Below are positions 16,333-24,636 of a stretch of 25,376 nucleotides of DNA, in pieces. Source of the stretch: a virus (taxonomy: Duplodnaviria > Heunggongvirae > Uroviricota > Caudoviricetes); the IMG/VR virus record IMGVR_UViG_648276644_000006; one strand, written 5' to 3'. The notes under the pieces are model-generated. The model searched no databases and had not been told where the DNA came from. It saw only the letters and a list, made by a program, of their open reading frames with translations. Position 1 is the first letter of the stretch. The number at the start of each line of letters is the position of its first letter. A program made the position numbers and the translations under genes.

Positions 16333-17166
16333 ATGACAGTGAAAGCAAAGCGTTTTCGCATCGGGGTGGAAGGTGCCACCACCGACGGACGCGAAATCCA
16401 GCGTGAATGGCTGGAACAGATGGCAGCCAGCTACAACCCGGCGGTGTATACCGCGCTGATTAACCTTGAGCACATCAAGTCTTATCTGCCGGACAGCACC
16501 TTTAACCGCTACGGCAAGGTGACGGCGCTGTTTGCTGAAGAAATCATGGAAGGTCCGCTGGCAGGCAAGATGGCGCTGTATGCCGACGTTGAGCCAACGG
16601 AGTCCCTGGTGGAGCTGGTGAAAAAAGGCCAGAAATTATTCACCTCTATGGAAGTCAGCCCGAAGTTCGCTGATACGGGCAAAGCCTACCTGGTCGGCCT
16701 GGCAGCCACTGATGACCCTGCCAGTCTGGGCACTGAAATGCTGACATTCAGCGCCAGTGCAGCCCATAACCCACTGGCAAACCGCAAGCAGAATCCTGCC
16801 AATCTCTTTACCGCTGCAGAGGAAACGGTGATCGAACTGGAAGAAATCCAGGACGACAAACCGTCCCTGTTTGCCCGTGTCACGGCGCTGTTTACCAAAA
16901 AAGAGCAGTCCGATGACGCCCGGTTCTCTGATGTGCATAAGGCCGTGGAGCTGGTCGCCACTGAGCAGCAGAACCTGAGCGCACGCACCGAAAAATCCCT
17001 GTCTGAGCAGGAAGAACGCCTGTCTGAGCTGGAGACTGCCCTGCAGGCACAGCAAACCGCCTTTAACGAACTGGTGGACAAGCTGAGTCATGAAGACTGC
17101 CGCCAGGACTACCGCCAGCGTGCAACAGGCGGTAACGCCCCCGCTGACACTCTGACCAATTGCTGA
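16333..17166 (+). CDS. O: Capsid scaffolding protein (P2 gpO homologue), 277 aa
   Basis: Position and size match P2 O; coiled-coil-rich C-terminus; GGAG Shine-Dalgarno upstream. Confidence 0.85.
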   Translation: MTVKAKRFRIGVEGATTDGREIQREWLEQMAASYNPAVYTALINLEHIKSYLPDSTFNRYGKVTALFAEEIMEGPLAGKMALYADVEPTESLVELVKKGQKLFTSMEVSPKFADTGKAYLVGLAATDDPASLGTEMLTFSASAAHNPLANRKQNPANLFTAAEETVIELEEIQDDKPSLFARVTALFTKKEQSDDARFSDVHKAVELVATEQQNLSARTEKSLSEQEERLSELETALQAQQTAFNELVDKLSHEDCRQDYRQRATGGNAPADTLTNC

Positions 17167-17182
17167 TGGAGCACAAAACCCG

Positions 17183-18241
17183 ATGAAGAAGAATACCCGA
17201 TTTGCTTTTAACGCTTACCTGCAGCAGCTGGCGCGTCTGAACGGTGTGGCAGTTGAAGAACTGTCCAGCAAGTTCACCGTGGAGCCGTCTGTACAGCAGA
17301 CGCTGGAAGACCAGATCCAGCAGTCCGCCGCTTTCCTGACGCTGATTAACGTCACGCCAGTGACTGAGCAGTCCGGTCAGCTGCTGGGGTTGGGTGTTGG
17401 CAGCACCATTGCCGGAACCACTGACACCACCGCGAAAGAGCGTGAACCTGTCGATCCTACGCTGATGGTCGATGTGGAATACAAATGCGAGCAGACCAAC
17501 TTTGACACGGTACTGACCTACGCGAAGCTGGACCTGTGGGCGAAGTTTCAGGATTTCCAGGTGCGTATCCGTGACGCCATCGTGAAACGTCAGGCACTGG
17601 ACCGCATCATGATCGGCTTTAACGGCGTGAAGCGTGCGAAAACCTCCAACCGTAGCGAAAACCCGCTGCTGCAGGATGTGAACAAAGGCTGGTTACAGAA
17701 AATCCGTGAGGATGCACCGGATCACGTCATGGGCAGCAGCACCACGGGCGGTGAAACCACACCGCGTGCGGTGAAAGTCGGTAAAGGTGGCGAATATGCC
17801 AACCTGGACGCCGTGGTGATGGATGCCGTCAATGAGCTTATCGACGTTGTCTACCAGGACGATGACGATCTGGTGGTGATTTGCGGGCGTGAACTGCTGT
17901 CTGACAAGTATTTCCCGCTGGTCAACAAAGAGCAGGAAAACAGTGAAAAACTGGCTGCCGATATGATCATCAGTCAGAAACGCATGGGTGGCCTGCAGGC
18001 GGTGCGTGCGCCGTTCTTCCCGCCGAATGCGCTGTTGATCACCCGTCTGGATAACCTGTCCATCTACTGGCAGGAAGATACCCGCCGCCGTTCAGTTATC
18101 GACAACCCGAAACGTGACCGGATTGAAAATTTTGAATCCGTTAACGAAGCCTATGTGGTTGAGGACTATCGCTGCGCTGCACTGGTGGAAAACATCCAGA
18201 TTGGTGACTTCAGCGCCGCCGCAGCAGAAACCGGAGCGTAA
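17183..18241 (+). CDS. N: Major capsid protein (P2 gpN homologue), 352 aa
   Basis: Translation closely resembles P2 N as I recall it (FNAYL ... TVEPSVQQTL ... DLWAKFQDFQVRIRDAIVKRQALD ... KGGEYANLDA). Confidence 0.9.
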   Translation: MKKNTRFAFNAYLQQLARLNGVAVEELSSKFTVEPSVQQTLEDQIQQSAAFLTLINVTPVTEQSGQLLGLGVGSTIAGTTDTTAKEREPVDPTLMVDVEYKCEQTNFDTVLTYAKLDLWAKFQDFQVRIRDAIVKRQALDRIMIGFNGVKRAKTSNRSENPLLQDVNKGWLQKIREDAPDHVMGSSTTGGETTPRAVKVGKGGEYANLDAVVMDAVNELIDVVYQDDDDLVVICGRELLSDKYFPLVNKEQENSEKLAADMIISQKRMGGLQAVRAPFFPPNALLITRLDNLSIYWQEDTRRRSVIDNPKRDRIENFESVNEAYVVEDYRCAALVENIQIGDFSAAAAETGA

Positions 18242-18244
18242 TTC

Positions 18245-18895
18245 ATGAGCCTGAGTCCCGCACGGCAGCATCGCCTGCGCGTTCAGGCTGAACAGGCCGC
18301 TCGCGAGGGTGGTAGTGTTCGCCACGCGTCGGGCTATGACCTGATGCTGCTGCAACTGGCGGAAGACCGCCGCCGTCTCAAGGGCGTTCAGTCCACGGTC
18401 AAAAAAGCGGAAATCAAGGTGGAGCTGCTGCCGAAATATGCCGCCTGGGCGGAGGGCGTTCTGGCTGCCGGAGGCGCTCAACAGGATGACGTGCTGATGT
18501 ACGTGATGCTGTGGCGCATTGATGCCGGAGATTATGCCGGGGCGCTGGAGATCGGGCGTCATGCCCTGCGTCATGGCTGGGTGATGCCGCTGGGTAACCG
18601 CAACGTGCAGACCGTGCTGGCAGAGGAAATGGCAGATGCAGCCCAGAGCGCAATGCTTGCCGCCACCGGCTTTGATGCCGACCTGTTGCTGCAGACGCTG
18701 GAGCTGACAGACGGTCTGGATATGCCGGACCAGTCACGGGCGCGTCTGCATAAAGCGATTGGCGCTGTCCTGAGTGAAAGCAACCCGGCTTCCGCCCTTA
18801 ATCATCTCAACCATGCGTTACAGCTCGATCCTCGCTGTGGCGTGAAAAAAGACAAACAGCAGCTGGAGCGCAGACTGCGCAATGACAGCCGCTGA
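18245..18895 (+). CDS. M: Terminase small/endonuclease subunit (P2 gpM homologue), 216 aa
   Basis: Resembles P2 M (HRLRVQAEQAA ... DDVLMYVMLWRIDAGDYAGALEIGRHAL) and follows N. Confidence 0.85.
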   Translation: MSLSPARQHRLRVQAEQAAREGGSVRHASGYDLMLLQLAEDRRRLKGVQSTVKKAEIKVELLPKYAAWAEGVLAAGGAQQDDVLMYVMLWRIDAGDYAGALEIGRHALRHGWVMPLGNRNVQTVLAEEMADAAQSAMLAATGFDADLLLQTLELTDGLDMPDQSRARLHKAIGAVLSESNPASALNHLNHALQLDPRCGVKKDKQQLERRLRNDSR

Positions 18896-18990
18896 CAGAA
18901 CGTGCCCCCGCGCACGGGCGGCACGGGGTGGCGAAAGGCACTGCCACATCAAAACCCCGTCCACCGCCCTCTATTTCAGGAGAAAGCAGC

Positions 18991-19455
18991 ATGAAGTTTG
19001 TTGCGCCAGAACAGGCACCGGAACAGGCGGAAATCATCAGGAATACGCCGTTCTGGCCTGATGTGGACCTGTCGGAGTTTCGCAGCGTGATGCGCACTGA
19101 CGGCACGGTGACGCAGCCGCGTTTAAAGCAGGTTGCGCTGTCGGCAATTTCGGAGGTCAACGCAGAGCTGTATGAGTTTCGCAGACGCCAGCAGATGCTG
19201 GGGTATGCCTCGCTGGCAGAGGTTCCGGCGGAACAGCTGGACAGCAAAAGTGAGCGCATTCAGCACTATTTCAACGCGGTTTACTGCTGGGCACGCGCCA
19301 TGCTCAACGAACGTTACCAGGACTATGACGCCACGGCGTCCGGTGTGAAGCGGGGCGAGGAACTGGCGGAAGCAAGCGGTGATTTGTGGCGTGACGCCCG
19401 CTGGGCCATCAGCCGGGTGCAGGATGCGCCGCACTGCACAGTGGAGCTTATCTGA
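18991..19455 (+). CDS. L: Head completion/stabilisation protein (P2 gpL homologue), about 154 aa
   Basis: CAGGAG Shine-Dalgarno 8 nt upstream of ATG 18991; position after M; stop overlaps the X start. Confidence 0.8.
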   Translation: MKFVAPEQAPEQAEIIRNTPFWPDVDLSEFRSVMRTDGTVTQPRLKQVALSAISEVNAELYEFRRRQQMLGYASLAEVPAEQLDSKSERIQHYFNAVYCWARAMLNERYQDYDATASGVKRGEELAEASGDLWRDARWAISRVQDAPHCTVELI

Positions 19456-19658
19456 TGAAAGTGCGTGCGCATCAGTATGACACGGTGGACGCGCTTTGCT
19501 GGCGTCATTACGGGCGCACGCAGGGTGTCACGGAGCAGGTACTGAAGGCAAATCCGGGGCTTGCCGAATACGGCCCCTTTTTACCTCACGGGCTGCAGGT
19601 GGAGCTGCCGGACATTCCGACCACCACCACCGTGCAGACCGTCCAGCTATGGGACTGA
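19455..19658 (+). CDS. X: Tail protein X (P2 gpX homologue), 67 aa
   Basis: Same length and position as P2 X. Confidence 0.8.
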   Translation: MKVRAHQYDTVDALCWRHYGRTQGVTEQVLKANPGLAEYGPFLPHGLQVELPDIPTTTTVQTVQLWD

Positions 19659-19661
19659 ATT

Positions 19662-19877
19662 ATGACGCTTGAGCGAATCAGCGCCTTTATCACGTATTGC
19701 ATCGCCGTCGTGCTGGCCTGGCTGGGCGATTTGTCCATCAAGGATGCCTCAACGCTGGGCGGCCTGATGATTGGTGTGCTGATGCTGGCTATCAACTGGT
19801 ACTACAAACACAAAGCCTACCAGCTTCTGCGCGACGGGCAGATCTCGCGGGAGGACTATGAATCCATCAATCGTTAA
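19662..19877 (+). CDS. Holin, small two-helix class (pinholin-like), 71 aa
   Basis: Two hydrophobic helices (FITYCIAVVLAWLG and LGGLMIGVLMLAINWYY) followed by a charged C-terminus; immediately precedes the endolysin. Confidence 0.7.
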   Translation: MTLERISAFITYCIAVVLAWLGDLSIKDASTLGGLMIGVLMLAINWYYKHKAYQLLRDGQISREDYESINR

Positions 19878-20370
19878 ACGCTGCCTTGTCGGGGCCGTGC
19901 TGGCTATTGCTGCCACGCTGCCGGGTTTTCAGCAGCTTCACACCTCCGTGGAGGGGCTGAAACTGATTGCTGATTACGAAGGCTGTCGTCTGCAGCCGTA
20001 TCAGTGCAGCGCGGGTGTCTGGACCGACGGCATTGGTAATACATCGGGCGTTATTCCCGGCAAAACAATCACGGAACGACAGGCAGCAGAAGGGCTGATC
20101 TCCAACGTGCTGCGTGTGGAGCGGGCACTGAAAAGGTGTGTGAAGCAACAGCCACCGCAGAAGGTGTATGACGCTGCGGTGTCGTTTGCCTTCAACGTGG
20201 GGACGGGCAATGCCTGCAGCTCCACGCTGGTGAAATTGCTCAATCAGCGGCGCTGGGCGGATGCGTGCCGACAGTTGCAGCGCTGGGTTTATGTAAAAGG
20301 TGTGTTTAATCAGGGGCTGGATAACCGCCGTGCGCGGGAGATGGCCTGGTGTTTACAGGGAGCAAACTGA
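19858..20370 (+). CDS. SAR endolysin (signal-anchor-release lysozyme, phage 21 R-like), 170 aa
   Basis: N-terminal hydrophobic SAR segment (CLVGAVLAIAATLPGF) followed by a lysozyme catalytic region (EGLKLIADYEG ... GVWTDGIGNT) and a C-terminal LQRWVYVKG ... AWCLQG region that resembles the phage 21 R lysozyme. Confidence 0.85.
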   Translation: MNPSIVKRCLVGAVLAIAATLPGFQQLHTSVEGLKLIADYEGCRLQPYQCSAGVWTDGIGNTSGVIPGKTITERQAAEGLISNVLRVERALKRCVKQQPPQKVYDAAVSFAFNVGTGNACSSTLVKLLNQRRWADACRQLQRWVYVKGVFNQGLDNRRAREMAWCLQGAN

Positions 20371-20371
20371 A

Positions 20372-20749
20372 ATGAAAAAGAAATTAATCAGCGGACTGTT
20401 TCTGATGTTATGGATGGCGCTGTTAATCGCAGCAATAGTGTATCCGCAGGGGATTTTTCCGGTACTGGCAGCGTCCGGCGTTTGGGTAGCCGGTTTGCTG
20501 ACATGGGCGGTAATTCCGGTAGCACTGGCTGCGTTAATTAAGAATGGCCCGCTCTGGCAGGAGTTAAGGGCATCTTTACTGAAGACAATTACCCGAAAAG
20601 AAAACGTATTTATCAGTTGGGTGATGCGATTGCTGATTGTTGTAAGTCTCGCCTGGACGGGGTGGGCTATTACCCTGGTCTTTTATCTACTGACCGTTAT
20701 TGCCTTCTGGATCACCCGTAACCAGATGGCGCAACAAGTAGCAGCATGA
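20372..20749 (+). CDS. lysA: LysA-like multi-pass membrane protein (lysis timing), about 125 aa
   Basis: Four predicted hydrophobic helices; position between the endolysin and lysB as in P2. Confidence 0.65.
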   Translation: MKKKLISGLFLMLWMALLIAAIVYPQGIFPVLAASGVWVAGLLTWAVIPVALAALIKNGPLWQELRASLLKTITRKENVFISWVMRLLIVVSLAWTGWAITLVFYLLTVIAFWITRNQMAQQVAA

Positions 20750-21174
20750 ACCGGTTGCTGCTGGTTGTGCTGGCGTTATTACTGGCGGCGCTGGGCTGGC
20801 AGACGTGGCGGCTGGCTGATGCCAGCCAGACCATTAGCACGCAGGCAGACGAGCTGCAGAGCAAAAGCCAGGCACTGGCAAAGAGCAACAGCCAGCTTAT
20901 CAGCCTGTCCATTCTGACTGAAACCAATAACCGGGAGCAGGCGCGGCTCTATGCCGAAGCAGAACAGACCAGCGCGCTGCTGAGACAACGACAACACCGG
21001 ATCGAGGAACTGAAACGTGAGAACGAGGATTTACGCCGCTGGGCTGATACTCCTTTGCCTGCTGACATTATCCGGCTGCGGGAACGTCCGACGCTCACCG
21101 GAGGTGCAGCTTACCGTCAGTGGTTGTCCGCGAGTGACGCCGTGTTGGCTGGATCAGGCAGCGCCGCGCACTAA
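20746..21174 (+). CDS. lysB: LysB, Rz-like inner-membrane spanin, 142 aa
   Basis: N-terminal transmembrane helix (LLLVVLALLLAALGW) followed by a coiled-coil periplasmic region; contains the start of lysC in another frame. Confidence 0.7.
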   Translation: MNRLLLVVLALLLAALGWQTWRLADASQTISTQADELQSKSQALAKSNSQLISLSILTETNNREQARLYAEAEQTSALLRQRQHRIEELKRENEDLRRWADTPLPADIIRLRERPTLTGGAAYRQWLSASDAVLAGSGSAAH

Positions 21175-21307
21175 CGGTGATCTGAACGCGTTGCTGGATG
21201 AAACGGAGGCCGCCTGGGCGGTCTGTGCAGACAAAGTGGACATGATTATTGCGTGTCAGGAGCGAAACAGTGAACAAACCACAATCCCTGCGCCACGCCC
21301 TCAATAA
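21017..21307 (+). CDS. lysC: LysC, Rz1-like outer-membrane lipoprotein spanin, 96 aa, starting inside lysB in another frame
   Basis: GTG start; lipobox LTLSGC with Cys at about residue 21; same length as P2 LysC; overlapped arrangement typical of spanin pairs. Confidence 0.65.
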   Translation: MRTRIYAAGLILLCLLTLSGCGNVRRSPEVQLTVSGCPRVTPCWLDQAAPRTNGDLNALLDETEAAWAVCADKVDMIIACQERNSEQTTIPAPRPQ

Positions 21308-21701
21308 AGCGGTGCCTTATGTCCGCAATAACCCGGACAAACTGCATCTGTTTGTGGATAACGGTTCGCTGGTTGCCACGGGGGCCAGCTCCATGTCGTG
21401 GGAGTACCGTTACACCCTGAACGCGGTGATTGAGGATTTCAGCGGCGACCAGAATCTGCTGATGGCCCCGGTTTTGCTGTGGCTGAGGGATAACCAGCCC
21501 GATGCCATCAATAACCCGGCGTTACGGGAAAAACTATTCACCTTTGAGGTGGATATTCTGCGCAACGATGTCTGTGATATCAGCCTGAACCTGCAACTGA
21601 CGGAGCGTGTGCTGGTCAGCACTGACGGTAGTGTGTCGAGTGTTGAAGCTATAGCGGAACCTGATGAACCTGAAGAAATGTGGACGGTGAAACGTGGCTG
21701 A
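21270..21701 (+). CDS. R: Tail completion protein (P2 gpR homologue), about 143 aa from GTG 21270
   Basis: Translation resembles P2 R (LRHALNKAVPYVRNNPDKLHLFVDNGSLVATGA ... YTLNAVIEDFSGDQNLLMAPVLLWLRDNQPD); AGGAG Shine-Dalgarno 7 nt upstream of the GTG. Confidence 0.8.
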   Translation: MNKPQSLRHALNKAVPYVRNNPDKLHLFVDNGSLVATGASSMSWEYRYTLNAVIEDFSGDQNLLMAPVLLWLRDNQPDAINNPALREKLFTFEVDILRNDVCDISLNLQLTERVLVSTDGSVSSVEAIAEPDEPEEMWTVKRG

Positions 21702-22140
21702 ACTGCAGAAAGTGGACGACTGGCTGAGTGCCTTGCTGGCGAATCTGGAACCAGCCGCCAGAAGCCGCATGATGCGCCAGCTGGCGCAGGAACTGCGACG
21801 GACACAGCAGCAGAACATCAGGATGCAACGCAATCCTGATGGCAGCAGCTATGAACCGAGGCGAGTAACAGCACGCAGTAAAAAAGGCCGTATCAAACGG
21901 CAGATGTTTACAAAACTTCGCACCACAAAATACCTGAAAACTGCCGCCAGCGCCGACTCTGCCAGCGTGCAGTTTGAAGGTAAGGTGCAGCGCATTGCCC
22001 GTGTTCACCATTACGGCTTGCGCGATCGCGTCAGTCGCAAAGGACCTGAGGTCCGTTACGCAGAGCGTCGCCTTCTGGGTGTAAATGATGATGTTGAGGC
22101 AATGACCCGCGACATGATTCTGCAATGGCTGGCGGGGTGA
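21694..22140 (+). CDS. S: Tail completion/virion morphogenesis protein (P2 gpS homologue), 148 aa
   Basis: Size and position match P2 S; GTG start overlapping the R stop. Confidence 0.8.
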   Translation: MAELQKVDDWLSALLANLEPAARSRMMRQLAQELRRTQQQNIRMQRNPDGSSYEPRRVTARSKKGRIKRQMFTKLRTTKYLKTAASADSASVQFEGKVQRIARVHHYGLRDRVSRKGPEVRYAERRLLGVNDDVEAMTRDMILQWLAG

Positions 22141-22144
22141 TCTT

Positions 22145-22162
22145 TGTATCAGCACTGATACA
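22145..22162. promoter_or_regulatory. Late-promoter activator site (TGT-N12-ACA) upstream of V, embedded in a 20-bp perfect palindrome
   Basis: ttgtatcagcactgatacaa (22144-22163) is a perfect inverted repeat containing TGT-N12-ACA, about 50 bp upstream of the V start codon. Confidence 0.5.
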
Positions 22163-22208
22163 AGTTGCAGCACTGCCGCCTTTCTTCCCCTGATGGCAAC
22201 CTTTCCCT

Positions 22209-22787
22209 ATGAACGCACAATTAACCGAAATCATGCGCCTTATCACCAACCTGATCCGCACAGGTGTAGTCACCGAAGTGGACAGGGCAAACTGGTTGTG
22301 TCGGGTGAAAACTGGCGACCTCGAAACCAACTGGATTAACTGGCTGACACTGCGCGCGGGCAAATCGCGCACCTGGTGGAAACCGTCTGTGGGTGAGCAG
22401 GTTGTGCTGTTCAGCCTTGGCGGCAATCTGGAAACCGCGTTTGCCCTGCCTGCGGTCTACTCAAACCAGTTTCCGCCACCTTCAGGCTCTGAGGACGGCA
22501 ACGTGACGGAATACCCGGACGGCGGCTGGTTTGAATACGAACCCGCCACCGGGCGCTGGTATGTCAGGGGCATCAAATCAATGGTCATTGAGGCCGCTGA
22601 CAATATCACCCTGAAAACCAGTGAGTTTGTGCTGGAGGCTGACCGCACGCGTATTAACAGCGAAGTGGTGATCAATGGTGGCGTTACCCAGGGCGGCGGA
22701 GCGATGAGCTCTAACGGGATTGTGGTTGATGCGCATCAGCATACTGGCGTCCTGAAAGGCGGCGATACAACCGGAGGCCCGGTATGA
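22209..22787 (+). CDS. V: Baseplate spike/assembly protein (P2 gpV homologue), 192 aa
   Basis: Position and size; first gene after the late-promoter dyad; stop overlaps the W start (ATGA). Confidence 0.85.
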   Translation: MNAQLTEIMRLITNLIRTGVVTEVDRANWLCRVKTGDLETNWINWLTLRAGKSRTWWKPSVGEQVVLFSLGGNLETAFALPAVYSNQFPPPSGSEDGNVTEYPDGGWFEYEPATGRWYVRGIKSMVIEAADNITLKTSEFVLEADRTRINSEVVINGGVTQGGGAMSSNGIVVDAHQHTGVLKGGDTTGGPV

Positions 22788-23143
22788 CGCTTTATAGCGG
22801 GATGAACAATACCAGCGGCAAAGTCATTACTGATATTGATCATCTGCGCCAGTCGGTGCGGGACATTCTGCTGACACCGCAGGGTAGCCGCATTGCCCGC
22901 CGGGAATATGGTTCCCTCCTGTCGGTTTTAATAGATCAGCCACAAAATCCGGCATTACGCCTGCAGGTCATGTCGGCAGTGTATGTGGCGCTGAGTCGCT
23001 GGGAGCCACGGCTGACGCTGGATTCCATCACCATCAACAGCAACTTTGACGGTTCTATGGTGGTGGAGCTGACCGGGCGGCGGAATAACGGTGTGCCTGT
23101 GTCCCTTTCCGTATCAACAGGAGCAGAGAATGGCAGTGATTGA
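22784..23143 (+). CDS. W: Baseplate wedge protein (P2 gpW / GPW-gp25 family), 119 aa
   Basis: Size and position match P2 W (115 aa). Confidence 0.85.
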   Translation: MTLYSGMNNTSGKVITDIDHLRQSVRDILLTPQGSRIARREYGSLLSVLIDQPQNPALRLQVMSAVYVALSRWEPRLTLDSITINSNFDGSMVVELTGRRNNGVPVSLSVSTGAENGSD

Positions 23144-24038
23144 CCTTTCGCAGTTGCCTGCACCGCAGATTGTGGATGTGCCGGACTTTGAGACGCTGCT
23201 TGCCGAACGCAAGGCCCAATTTGTTGCGCTTCATCCGAAAGATGAGCAGGAAGCCGTGATCCGCACGCTGGAACTGGAATCTGAACCCGTCACTAAATTG
23301 TTGCAGGAGAGCGCTTACCGTGAGTTGCTTCTGCGCCAGCGCATTAACGAAGCCGCGCAGGCGGTGATGGTGGCTTACGCGATGGGCGGCGATCTTGACC
23401 AGCTCGCTGCCAACTACAACGTGACACGCCTGACGGTGACGCCTGCTGATAATGATGCTGTGCCGCCCGTTGCAGCTGTGATGGAAAGCGATGAAGCGTT
23501 ACGCCTGCGTGTGCCTGCAGCCTTTGAAGGGCTTTCTGTTGCGGGGCCAACTGCAGCTTATGAATTTCATGCCCGAAGCGCCGACGGTCGGGTAGCGGAT
23601 GCCAGTGCAACCAGCCCGGCACCTGCAGAGGTGGTGCTGACTGTCCTTAGCCGCGAAGGCGATGGAACTGCAGAAAAAGACCTGCTGGACGTGGTGGAAA
23701 AAGCTCTGAACAGTGAGAACGTCCGCCCGGTGGCTGACCGTCTTACGGTTCGCAGCGCAGAAATCATCCCGTATCGCGTGGAAGCCACCATTTTTCTCTA
23801 TCCGGGACCGGAAGCAGAGCCGGTAATGGCAGCGGCAAAAGCCAGTCTGCAGAAGTACATTGCCAGCCAGACGAGGCTTGGTCGGGATATTCGCCGTAGC
23901 GCCATCTTTGCTGCTCTGCATGTTGAGGGTGTTCAACGTGTGGAACTGGCTTCTCCGCTGGCGGATGTGCTCCTGAACAAAACACAGGCGGCATCATGTA
24001 CGCAGTGGAGCGTAACCAACGGAGGAACGGATGAATAG
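23130..24038 (+). CDS. J: Baseplate assembly protein J (P2 gpJ homologue), 302 aa from ATG 23130
   Basis: Length from the internal ATG (AGGAGCA Shine-Dalgarno upstream) equals P2 J (302 aa); the longer ORF from 23091 overlaps W. Confidence 0.9.
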   Translation: MAVIDLSQLPAPQIVDVPDFETLLAERKAQFVALHPKDEQEAVIRTLELESEPVTKLLQESAYRELLLRQRINEAAQAVMVAYAMGGDLDQLAANYNVTRLTVTPADNDAVPPVAAVMESDEALRLRVPAAFEGLSVAGPTAAYEFHARSADGRVADASATSPAPAEVVLTVLSREGDGTAEKDLLDVVEKALNSENVRPVADRLTVRSAEIIPYRVEATIFLYPGPEAEPVMAAAKASLQKYIASQTRLGRDIRRSAIFAALHVEGVQRVELASPLADVLLNKTQAASCTQWSVTNGGTDE

Positions 24039-24636
24039 TCTGCTGCCACCGGGTTCAACTTCACTGGAGCGCCGACTGGCGCAAACCTGTAGCGGGATTT
24101 CTGATCTGCAGGTGCCGCTGCGTGACTTGTGGAATCCGGCTACCTGTCCGGTCAGCTTCCTGCCTTATCTCGCCTGGGCGTTCTCTGTGGATCGCTGGGA
24201 CGAGGGCTGGACAGAAAGCGTCAAACGCCAGGTAGTGAAGGATGCTTTTTATATTCATCAGCATAAAGGAACTACCAGTGCCGTGCGGCGGGTGGTGGAA
24301 CCGTTCGGATTCCTGATCCGCATTATTGAGTGGTGGCAGACCGGAGAAACACCGGGCACGTTTCGCCTGGATATCGGCGTGCAGGACCATGGCATCACTG
24401 AAGATACCTATCTGGAACTTGAGCGACTGATAAGCGATGCCAAACCATGTAGCCGCCACATGATCGGCATGTCCATCAATCTGCAGACCAGCGGCCCGCA
24501 TTGGGTGGGAGCCGCCAGCTATCTTGGCGAAGAAATCACGATCTATCCGTATATCAACGAAACGATTATTTCCGGTGGCACCGCGCATGAAGGCGGGGCG
24601 GTCCATGTTATTGACACAATGAGAGTGAATCCATGA
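24031..24636 (+). CDS. I: Baseplate/tail protein I (P2 gpI homologue), 201 aa
   Basis: Position between J and H; GGAGGA Shine-Dalgarno upstream of ATG 24031. Confidence 0.8.
   Translation: MNSLLPPGSTSLERRLAQTCSGISDLQVPLRDLWNPATCPVSFLPYLAWAFSVDRWDEGWTESVKRQVVKDAFYIHQHKGTTSAVRRVVEPFGFLIRIIEWWQTGETPGTFRLDIGVQDHGITEDTYLELERLISDAKPCSRHMIGMSINLQTSGPHWVGAASYLGEEITIYPYINETIISGGTAHEGGAVHVIDTMRVNP

Noticed and set aside
14411-19508. Numerous 60-175-aa ORFs on the strand opposite to Q, P, O, N, M and L (for example 14411-14704, 14786-15004, 16099-16473, 16636-17091, 18092-18574, 18414-18737, 18807-19259, 19123-19434)
   Set aside because: They lie entirely inside well-supported GC-rich structural genes, have Arg/Ala/Ser/Pro-rich low-complexity translations typical of antisense frames, and lack ribosome-binding sites.
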